The notes beneath the pieces were generated by a model. That model was not told the origin of the DNA and searched no databases. It saw only the letters and a list, made by a program, of their open reading frames with translations. The position numbers and the translations under genes were made by a program. This document shows positions 19,660 through 27,637 of a stretch of DNA of 64,000 nucleotides, piece after piece. This DNA comes from a bacterium UBP13_UBA5359. Its GTDB lineage: Bacteria > UBP13 > UBA5359. The stretch is from contig DHPR01000033.1 of NCBI GenBank assembly GCA_002410925.1, forward strand, positions 62,001-126,000, written 5' to 3'. The stretch's first letter is position 1. Each line of letters begins with the position of its first letter.

Positions 19660-19721
19660 TTCTGATCAGTAATCGGGATATGGAAAAGCGAAATATAGAG
19701 AAGTAAGTCGGTTGTTAAGCA

Positions 19722-21392
19722 TTGAGTGCCTTCAAACGAGTAATCAACAAGGAGTGGCGAAATTTCGGAAAGGCTTGCATAGGAAGCCTGAACTCTTTCT
19801 TCCTGGCTTGCAAACGGGCAAAAATAATCGCTCTGCTTCTTCTGGTTATACTACCCGGGCTGTTGCTCAGATTATACGGCCTTAAGTGGGGGCTTCCCAA
19901 CGAGAGGCATCTCTTCTCTTATCATCCGGATGAATTCTATATGGTGGGCGCGGTTCTCAACATGGATCCGCAGCATCTGAATTTTAATCCGGGGTTCTTT
20001 AATTACGGCACGCTCTTTATTTATCTGATGGCTATAGTTTCTGCTGTTGTTAAATTATTTGTTTTTCCTGAGACCAACGCCGGCGGCATGGCTCTGTATA
20101 TCCTTTCCGGTCGTATAGTGTCGGCTTTTCTAGGTAGCCTCAGTGTAGCTTTGGTCTTTTTTGCTGCTCAGCGTTTCGGCGGATTGAAAGCTGCCTTGAT
20201 ATCTGCTCTCTTTCTTACTTTCTGGCCGATGCATCTAATACATTCACATTTTGCCACTGTGGATATCGCAGCTGCTTTTTTTGTTGCTCTGACTCTTTGG
20301 CTCTGTTGCCGAATTTATGATGGTGAGGACAAGGCAATACTGTGGGCTGCGCTATCCTCAGGGTTGGCAGCGGCAACGCGTTACAATGCAGCCTTGGTTT
20401 TCGCAGCCGTTCCGACGGCTCTTTGCCTTCGTCCCCGGGAGTATGCAAAGCCGGATATACGGCGGCTCCTTCTTCTCTGCCCGGCTGCTTTGCTGGGTTT
20501 CTTTATCGGATGTCCGTATGCATTTCTGGCGCCGTCCGAGTTTATCCCGGCTGTCAAACATGCTCAGCAGTTGATTTCTTGCGGATTGGGTGACCTTTTT
20601 AAAGATACTCCCCCGGGTTGGATATACCATTTACAGACAAATTTTGTTTACGGTTTGGGATTACCGGCTGCCCTAACGGCGGTGTCGGCTGTTATATATA
20701 ACCTGCGCAGCAACCGGGGTAAGGTGCTTCTCCTGTGGGCAATGCTCTTCTATCTGCTCATCGGAGCGGCTCAAGTCAAATTTATGAGGTATCTGCTACC
20801 ATTGACGCCCGCTTTGGCAGTAGCATCGGGTCTTTTTGTAAAGCAGCTTCTTGATCTTTCCTGCGGCAAGCTGCGTATCCTCGTCATGCTTCCGGTGCTC
20901 TTTGTCTTGATTTATACAGCCCTTTATGGTCTCTCTTTTTCATTTTTGATGGGCGGGCCTGATGGACGTGACCTTATTGCCGATAAATTCAAGGATATTG
21001 AAGCGGGATCTTCAGTAGCTGTAATGAATATTCCTAATTTTTCTACACCCCCATTATTATGGTATAATGGCGGCAAGGTGGCGCCGGAGCTCTATCGGCA
21101 GTCTCTCAAGGAGTGCCGGCTAAACCCGGAGGTTGTCTCGTTTAATATCGACGATCTGCAGCGGTTGTCCAGCGATTATCTTGTTCTTTCCGAGTACGAT
21201 TATCGTGAGGTTGCCAGGCAATATCCTGAAAAATTTGCTGCTTGCATGTCAGCAATAAATAGGCAATATCGATTGACGTTGGCAGTTGCGGCTGTGCCAC
21301 GCCTGGGGCCATTGCGATTTAACAAAGGCTTTCCGCCGCATGATCTGTTGTACGCCTATCCTGAAACGCGTCTTTACCGTCGAAAGGAGTAA
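19722..21392 (+). CDS. GT-C membrane glycosyltransferase (ArnT/PMT-like, GT39/GT83 type)
   Basis: LLLRLYGL, HPDE acidic motif in first loop, F.YGTLF.Y, HSHFATVD, AATRY, RYLLPLTP; many TM helices; start uncertain. Confidence 0.85.
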   Translation: MSAFKRVINKEWRNFGKACIGSLNSFFLACKRAKIIALLLLVILPGLLLRLYGLKWGLPNERHLFSYHPDEFYMVGAVLNMDPQHLNFNPGFFNYGTLFIYLMAIVSAVVKLFVFPETNAGGMALYILSGRIVSAFLGSLSVALVFFAAQRFGGLKAALISALFLTFWPMHLIHSHFATVDIAAAFFVALTLWLCCRIYDGEDKAILWAALSSGLAAATRYNAALVFAAVPTALCLRPREYAKPDIRRLLLLCPAALLGFFIGCPYAFLAPSEFIPAVKHAQQLISCGLGDLFKDTPPGWIYHLQTNFVYGLGLPAALTAVSAVIYNLRSNRGKVLLLWAMLFYLLIGAAQVKFMRYLLPLTPALAVASGLFVKQLLDLSCGKLRILVMLPVLFVLIYTALYGLSFSFLMGGPDGRDLIADKFKDIEAGSSVAVMNIPNFSTPPLLWYNGGKVAPELYRQSLKECRLNPEVVSFNIDDLQRLSSDYLVLSEYDYREVARQYPEKFAACMSAINRQYRLTLAVAAVPRLGPLRFNKGFPPHDLLYAYPETRLYRRKE

Positions 21393-21395
21393 GCA

Positions 21396-22295
21396 TTGAA
21401 CAAGGATAAGTTTATAGAGCAGTTAAAGAGTATGGGGGCTGAGGTGGACGATCTCCTTGATAAGATCCTGCCGCCTGGGGATGCTCGTCCCGAAGAGTTG
21501 CATCGTGCCATGCGCTATAGTGTTTTTGCCGGAGGGAAGAGGCTGAGGCCTTTTCTGGTTTTGCAGGGTGCCTTCGTAGGCGGTCTTCATTATCGGCAGG
21601 CTTTGCCGCTTGCTGCCGGGGCGGAGCTTATCCATGTCTCTTCACTGGTGCATGACGATCTGCCTTGCATGGATGATGATGATCTCAGGCGAGGCAAGCC
21701 GACCAATCATAAAGTGTTTGGCGAGGCTATGGCTCTTTTATGTGGTGATGCTCTGATAATGCTGGGGTTTGATGCTGCCGCAGCCAATGCGGAAATTGAG
21801 GGTGTGAAGGCAATAAGAGCTTTAGCGGCACTACGTGAATTGCATTGCGGAGTAGGTTATGCCGGTATGCTGAGCGGTCAGGCGATTGATATCTCCTTTA
21901 CCGCTTCAACGGCAACCCCAGAAACCTTGGATTATATTCATCGTCATAAGACAGGCTCTTTTATAACGTATGCGCTCAGAGCGGGAGCAGTTCTGTCCGG
22001 TTTGGCAGGTGAGGATCTCGATGCTTTAACCGGTTACGGGAATGATATGGGCCTGGCTTTTCAAATCACGGATGATATTCTGGATATAGTGGGGGATCCG
22101 GTGCTTCTGGGAAAGAGTATCGGCAGCGATCAGCGGCAGGACAAGGCGACCTATCCATCTCTTTATGGGCTGGATCAAGCCAAACGCCGTGTAGCTGATC
22201 TGGCCGAAAGCGGGCATGCGCATCTGGAAAGATTCGGCACGCAGGCCGATTCCCTGCATGCTCTGCTGGATTATATAGTCGAAAGAGATAGATAA
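21396..22295 (+). CDS. ispA: Polyprenyl (farnesyl/geranylgeranyl) diphosphate synthase
   Basis: GGKRLRP, HDDLPCMDDDDLRRGKPT, GQAID, KTG, FQITDDILD. Confidence 0.93.
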   Translation: MNKDKFIEQLKSMGAEVDDLLDKILPPGDARPEELHRAMRYSVFAGGKRLRPFLVLQGAFVGGLHYRQALPLAAGAELIHVSSLVHDDLPCMDDDDLRRGKPTNHKVFGEAMALLCGDALIMLGFDAAAANAEIEGVKAIRALAALRELHCGVGYAGMLSGQAIDISFTASTATPETLDYIHRHKTGSFITYALRAGAVLSGLAGEDLDALTGYGNDMGLAFQITDDILDIVGDPVLLGKSIGSDQRQDKATYPSLYGLDQAKRRVADLAESGHAHLERFGTQADSLHALLDYIVERDR

Positions 22296-22302
22296 TAACA
22301 AG

Positions 22303-24192
22303 ATGGAATGCATATTGAAAAAGATTACCGAACCGAGTGATATAAAGAAGCTGAATGCGCAAGAACGTGAAATACTTTGCCGGGAGATAAGAGAGCGCCT
22401 TGTTGAAGTCGTTTCCTGCAATGGCGGTCATTTGGCTTCCAATCTGGGAGTCGTGGAGCTCACGGTGGCCCTGCATACCGTTTTTAACACTCCGCAGGAC
22501 AGCATAATCTGGGATGTCGGGCATCAGAGCTACGTACATAAGCTTCTGACAGGGAGAAACAATGCCTTCCCTACTATACGCCGTGAAGGTGGTTTAAGCG
22601 GTTTTCCTAGACGCGATGAGAGTGAGCATGATGCTTTTATCGCCGGACATGGCAGCACATCCATATCGGCTGCGCTGGGCATAGCGGCCTCTCGGAGAAT
22701 AACGGGAAATACTGATAGGGTAGTGGCTGTTATCGGGGATGGCGCTCTGACCGGCGGCCTGGCTTATGAGGCATTGAATCAGGCCGGTCATCTCGGCTGT
22801 GATCTGATCATCGTTCTCAATGATAATGATATGTCCATCTCGGAGAATGTAGGCGCCATGTCGCGTTATCTTAGCCGAATCCGGCTTGATCCGGCGTATC
22901 AGCGTATCAAAGATGAGTTTGAACATATTATGAGCTTAACCGCCATGGGATCAGCCGTACTGCGCCTTTCCGAACGCTTCAAGGATCGCCTGAAGCGTTT
23001 GATGGTGCCTGGTGTCCTTTTTGAAGAATTGAATATAACATATATCGGCCCTCTGGACGGACATAATCTGGATGAACTGATTCCGGCTATGGAGAGAGCG
23101 CGCGCTGCCAAGGGTCCGGTAATGCTGCATACCGTTACGCTTAAAGGTAGAGGATATACTCCCGCTGAAGAGAATGCAACAAAGTTTCACGGCGCAAAGC
23201 CCTTTGTCATTGAGACAGGAGAATTTGCGGGCAAGCCGACCAGACCTACTTTTACCTCTGTTTTCGGCAATACGTTAACCGATATAGCGCATGAAAGGAA
23301 AGAGCTTATAGCCATAACCGCTGCCATGACCGGCGGTACAGGATTGGAAAGATTTGCCAAAGAGCATGAAAAGCGTTTCTTCGATGTCGGTATGGCTGAG
23401 GAGCATGCTGTGACTTTTGCCGCCGGCTGCGCTGCCAGTGGCTTGAAACCGGTGCTGGCTATCTATTCCACATTCCTTCAACGTGCCTACGATCAGATCC
23501 TTCATGATATCTGTCTGCAAAAGTTGCCGGTAATATTTGCATTAGATAGGGCAGGGCTGGTGGGTGAAGACGGGCCGACACATCAGGGTATCTTTGATCT
23601 CTCTTACCTGCGCCATCTTCCCGGAATGACGGTGATGGCGCCTCGTGATGAAGCGGAGCTTACCGCTATGCTCTATACCGCATTGGCTATCAGCGGTCCG
23701 GTGGCCATACGCTATCCTCGGGCTGAAGGCGAAGGGATAAGCTTTGATGCTGATTATCCGGCGGTCGAATTGGGCCGGGCGGAGCCATTGAAGCCTGGTG
23801 CCGGTATTCTGCTCTTGGGAGTAGGCCCCTGCGTCTGGGAAGCGATGAGAGCTGCTCACCGGTTGAAGCATGAGGGGATAGATGCGGCAGTAATGGATGC
23901 TCGTTTTGTCAAGCCTCTTGACAGTGAGGCCATAATAAATGCTCTGGCTGATTGCCACACGGTGATAACTCTGGAGGAGAATGTTCTTCAGGGGGGCTTC
24001 GGCAGTGCCGTAGCGGAGCTGCTGGCAGACAGGAATATTGATAGGCAGCTTATACGCTTGGGGCTGCCTGATACGGTTCCTATGCACGCTTCCCGGTCGC
24101 GGCTGTTATCGCTCTTTAATCTCGATGCAGAGGGAATATATACTGCGGTTAAGGAGGCCGTTGCAAGATGTGTTCAGACCTCTCTCGGTTAA
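22303..24192 (+). CDS. dxs: 1-deoxy-D-xylulose-5-phosphate synthase
   Basis: GGHLASNLG, WDVGHQSY, GDGALTGG, LNDNDMSI, YSTFLQRAYDQ, DGPTHQG. Confidence 0.98.
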   Translation: MECILKKITEPSDIKKLNAQEREILCREIRERLVEVVSCNGGHLASNLGVVELTVALHTVFNTPQDSIIWDVGHQSYVHKLLTGRNNAFPTIRREGGLSGFPRRDESEHDAFIAGHGSTSISAALGIAASRRITGNTDRVVAVIGDGALTGGLAYEALNQAGHLGCDLIIVLNDNDMSISENVGAMSRYLSRIRLDPAYQRIKDEFEHIMSLTAMGSAVLRLSERFKDRLKRLMVPGVLFEELNITYIGPLDGHNLDELIPAMERARAAKGPVMLHTVTLKGRGYTPAEENATKFHGAKPFVIETGEFAGKPTRPTFTSVFGNTLTDIAHERKELIAITAAMTGGTGLERFAKEHEKRFFDVGMAEEHAVTFAAGCAASGLKPVLAIYSTFLQRAYDQILHDICLQKLPVIFALDRAGLVGEDGPTHQGIFDLSYLRHLPGMTVMAPRDEAELTAMLYTALAISGPVAIRYPRAEGEGISFDADYPAVELGRAEPLKPGAGILLLGVGPCVWEAMRAAHRLKHEGIDAAVMDARFVKPLDSEAIINALADCHTVITLEENVLQGGFGSAVAELLADRNIDRQLIRLGLPDTVPMHASRSRLLSLFNLDAEGIYTAVKEAVARCVQTSLG

Positions 24193-24980
24193 GGCTCGAT
24201 CTGCTCTTGGTTGAGCGCGGTCTTATGCCTTCCTGCGAAATAGCACGCAGTGAAATCATGGCAGGCAATGTTCTGGTGGATGAGATTAAGGTGCAAAAAG
24301 CCGGCCATCAGGTTCGAAGGAATGCTGATATACGGTTGCTGTCCAAGCCTCGCCGCTATGTCAGCCGGGGTGGTTACAAGCTGGAGAAGGCTTTGGATTA
24401 TTTCTCTATCGATGTTACCGGATTGACGGTGTTAGATGCGGGAGCCTCCACCGGAGGTTTCACGGATTGTTTGTTGCAGCGCGGTGCCGCCAGGGTTTAT
24501 GCCGTAGACGTCGGCTATGGCCAATTAGCCTGGTCGTTGCGTAATGATTCACGAGTAATCGTAAAAGAGAGAACCAATATCAGGCATCTTACTCCTGAGA
24601 AATTAGGAGAGCGTGTGGATATGGTGACAGCCGATCTGGCCTTTCTCTCTCTTACCAGGATCGCAGGCATATTGGCTGCTCTCGGCAGACCGGGAGCAGA
24701 GTATATATTTCTTGTAAAGCCGCAATTTGAGGTGAAAGCTGCTGATATAGGAAAACATGGCGTAGTACACTCCTTCCAGGCTCATGCCGAAGCCATTAAA
24801 GGTGTTGTATCGGCCGCTGCTGATGCGGGATTAGCGGCAACAGGTCTTACTTTTTCACCTATAAAGGGGCCGGAGGGAAATATAGAGTATCTCCTTTATC
24901 TTACCGGCACCGGCGCCGGTAAGCTCTCTCAGGCAGAGATAAATCATGCGGTAAATGAAGCTGAACAGACGCTGGCCTGA
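24168..24980 (+). CDS. tlyA: TlyA-family rRNA 2'-O-methyltransferase
   Basis: S4 domain RLDLLLV, YVSRGGYKL, DAGASTGGFTDCLLQ, VDVGYGQL, LVKPQFE, SPIKG..GNIEY. Confidence 0.96.
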   Translation: MCSDLSRLRLDLLLVERGLMPSCEIARSEIMAGNVLVDEIKVQKAGHQVRRNADIRLLSKPRRYVSRGGYKLEKALDYFSIDVTGLTVLDAGASTGGFTDCLLQRGAARVYAVDVGYGQLAWSLRNDSRVIVKERTNIRHLTPEKLGERVDMVTADLAFLSLTRIAGILAALGRPGAEYIFLVKPQFEVKAADIGKHGVVHSFQAHAEAIKGVVSAAADAGLAATGLTFSPIKGPEGNIEYLLYLTGTGAGKLSQAEINHAVNEAEQTLA

Positions 24981-25060
24981 TTCCTTATCTTTTTCGGCAC
25001 AAAAAATGCGCTGCTCCGGAAACAGAAGTATCAATCGCCTGTTTCTTGGAGGTATAGCCA

Positions 25061-25600
25061 ATGCAACGGACCAAAGCTGTTCTGTCACTGATGCTCTTTC
25101 TAATCGGTTTTGCTGTGGGCTTCGACATACGCGATCCTCTTCCTGTAATTTTAACCCCGGAAAGTCCGCTTTATGCTTCTAAACTGGTTGCAGAGGAACG
25201 GGAGGTCAACAACGCCGGTATACCTTTAAAAAGGCTAGCCGTGTATGGCAGACTGATAATATTCAGAATCAATGAGATGGATGCGATATTGAAAAAGGGG
25301 AGACCTGATTATCTTAACTGCCTTTGCATGTCTTACTATAGAACGCTGCGTAGAAATAACGCTGATCTGCAGGAGATATATGCCGCGGGCAAATTGCCTA
25401 AAGAGAGAGCACTGGAGGTTCGCGAAAATCTGATAAATGGCAGGGAAAAGCTTGCTGGCATGGAGAATGGGGCCGCAGGCGAAGCTCGTATGCTATTGAA
25501 ACGAGCAATAGAGAGAACGGATAAAGCCATAGCAAGCATAGATAGTATGATGAAAGGTGTCGAAGTCGAGAAAATCAAATCAACCGACGGTTGGAATTAA
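25061..25600 (+). CDS. Secreted/membrane-anchored helical protein, DUF5667-like
   Basis: SD GGAGG; N-terminal signal/TM; LTPESPLY..K...E resembles the DUF5667 start motif. Confidence 0.55.
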   Translation: MQRTKAVLSLMLFLIGFAVGFDIRDPLPVILTPESPLYASKLVAEEREVNNAGIPLKRLAVYGRLIIFRINEMDAILKKGRPDYLNCLCMSYYRTLRRNNADLQEIYAAGKLPKERALEVRENLINGREKLAGMENGAAGEARMLLKRAIERTDKAIASIDSMMKGVEVEKIKSTDGWN

Positions 25601-25711
25601 GAGGTGAGAGGGGGAGCGGGGCAGAATTGCAGATTAAGGCATGAGGACACCGATAATTCTCAAAATTAAATATGCGCCCTCTTAAGAAGGAATGTTATAT
25701 AGCTAAGTGGA

Positions 25712-25746
25712 ATAGTTATAGTGATAGTGATAGTGAAGTGATAGTG
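25712..25746. repeat. Tandem hexamer repeat (ATAGTG) x ~6
   Basis: ATAGTT ATAGTG ATAGTG ATAGTG AAGTG ATAGTG. Confidence 0.85.
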
Positions 25747-25771
25747 TTGATTGTTTTACGGTGATATTGAT

Positions 25772-26257
25772 ATGATGGAGCTATCAATAGAGAGTATCAG
25801 AGTGGACACAGTCACAAAACAGCCCGTGTTGATTCTCAAGGATACGGCGAGTGATAGATTTTTGCCTATATGGATAGGAATCTATGAGGCTACGGCTATC
25901 GCTATGCAGCTGGAGGGAATGAAGAGTTCCAGGCCTATGACTCATGATCTGGCGATGGGAATGCTGGAAAGCCTGAACGCCGATATAGATTCGGTATCTA
26001 TACTGGATGTTGATGAGGGTGTATATCGCGCTCGTATAAGCCTGAAAGCGGGAGGCAGCGTTATCGATCTGGACGCCAGACCCAGCGATGCTGTCGCGCT
26101 GGCTTTGCGAGCCGGCTGCCCCATATATGCCGGAGATAAATTGGCAAAAGAGATGCTGAGCGCTACCGCGGATGAAAAGAAGCCTGGCGATAAGAATACC
26201 GAGGCAGAGGAGTTTCGTCGTTTTTTGGAAGATATTAAGCCTGCGGATTTTCAATAG
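25772..26257 (+). CDS. Bifunctional nuclease family protein (DUF151/BFN)
   Basis: PVLILKD, LPIWIG..EA.AI, RPMTHDL, DARPSDAVALALR, FRRFLEDIKPADF. Confidence 0.93.
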   Translation: MMELSIESIRVDTVTKQPVLILKDTASDRFLPIWIGIYEATAIAMQLEGMKSSRPMTHDLAMGMLESLNADIDSVSILDVDEGVYRARISLKAGGSVIDLDARPSDAVALALRAGCPIYAGDKLAKEMLSATADEKKPGDKNTEAEEFRRFLEDIKPADFQ

Positions 26258-26265
26258 GTGATTAA

Positions 26266-26997
26266 ATGAGTTCATGTGTAAGAAGAGCCTTTCTTCTTTT
26301 GGTTATTCTGCAATTGCTATCTGTCAAGGCATTCGCGCTCGATTTTCCAATAAAGGAAAACTGGAGAAGCAAGGCCTATAAAACTATGGATTCAGGCTTG
26401 GAGTTTGGCGTATTGCCGATAACCGAGTCGCTGCTGCCGAAAAAAGCACTGGTACAGCCGTTACCTGTAGCTGATGAGATGGAGGAGTTGCGAGCGAGTT
26501 TATCGGAATATCTGGTAATATATATCTATATGCTGAATAGCAGCAACAATGTAAAAGCCTATCTCTATCCAACGTTCAATGCGGTATGCGTTGAAGGAAC
26601 GGGCAAACAACGTATGACTGCTTTATGGGAGAGCTCGGCCGCTAAGAAAGCATATCTGCAAATGCTGGCAGAGCTCTTTACAAGGAATCCGGCGACTGAT
26701 GATAACGGTATCCTTCTGGCTCTCTTTGACGGTTTATCCAATGGGTACAGCTATCGATTGAAAGAGAAGTACCCTCTGCTGGCTGAAAGCTTTGAATCTA
26801 CAAACGGCGTTATCTTTCCTCATGTCTTCAAGGATGGCTTTATCTTCTTTCCCCGGCCGGGGAAAGATTGCCTTGAGCTTCGTCTCTATCTACCCAATAT
26901 CCGTTTGCAGGAGAGCGGCACGCCCGGATATAAATTATACGATTTTATCTTTAGCATACCTAATCCGGAATACGGTAAAGTCCAAGCCAGGTATTAG
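26266..26997 (+). CDS. Hypothetical exported protein
   Basis: Sec-type signal (RR-hydrophobic-AFA); co-oriented, 8 bp after the previous stop. Confidence 0.65.
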   Translation: MSSCVRRAFLLLVILQLLSVKAFALDFPIKENWRSKAYKTMDSGLEFGVLPITESLLPKKALVQPLPVADEMEELRASLSEYLVIYIYMLNSSNNVKAYLYPTFNAVCVEGTGKQRMTALWESSAAKKAYLQMLAELFTRNPATDDNGILLALFDGLSNGYSYRLKEKYPLLAESFESTNGVIFPHVFKDGFIFFPRPGKDCLELRLYLPNIRLQESGTPGYKLYDFIFSIPNPEYGKVQARY

Positions 26998-27012
26998 AAA
27001 GGATAATGGCAT

Positions 27013-27447
27013 ATGTTTCGACGAATCCTAATAACAGCAGCCTTTATAATTCTTACAGCAGCCTCTTGGTCAGTAGGCCAGACCATCAAGGAAGCGAATG
27101 CTATAAAGATTGCCTATGTCAACATTCCCAAATGTATGCAGGCCGATCCATATTTTGCTGAACAGCAGAAAGTCATGCAGGCCATTGCTATAGAGAAGGA
27201 GAAGGCCTTTAAGGATAAAACTAAGAAGATGAATGATAATGATAAGCTGCGCGAGTATCAGAAGACCAAGGCTGAGCTGGATGCAGAGAGACTTAGGATT
27301 ACCAGGGATGTTTCCGACCGCATAAAGAAGAAGATCTCCGCTATAGCTTCTGATGCCGGATATTCCATAGTTCTTGATAGCCAGACGGTTCTTTACGGGG
27401 GTACGGATATTACTGATAAGGTTATCGCGATCCTGTCTAAGAAGTAA
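27013..27447 (+). CDS. OmpH/Skp-family periplasmic chaperone
   Basis: Signal peptide; KIAYVN beta strand, long coiled coil, GYSIVLD..VLYGGTDITDKVI. Confidence 0.9.
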   Translation: MFRRILITAAFIILTAASWSVGQTIKEANAIKIAYVNIPKCMQADPYFAEQQKVMQAIAIEKEKAFKDKTKKMNDNDKLREYQKTKAELDAERLRITRDVSDRIKKKISAIASDAGYSIVLDSQTVLYGGTDITDKVIAILSKK

Positions 27448-27637
27448 AAAACGGGATTTGAGAAAGAAATGACAATTAATCGATATCGGTAAAGCAATGC
27501 TTGGCAACCTCTGCGGCAATGCTTCTGGATAAGGCTTGCTCGAATCCTTGATATGCGCATCTATGTCGGTCAGTTCGCTTGCAAACTCTCTCGGTTGATG
27601 GTAATATTCCATGATGTATTAAGCGGGGGGAGGGTCG

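Noticed and set aside
25712..25746. Hexamer repeat as CRISPR array or CtsR box
   Set aside because: There are no spacers, and the unit is not the CtsR heptad; no CRISPR array or cas gene was seen anywhere in the window
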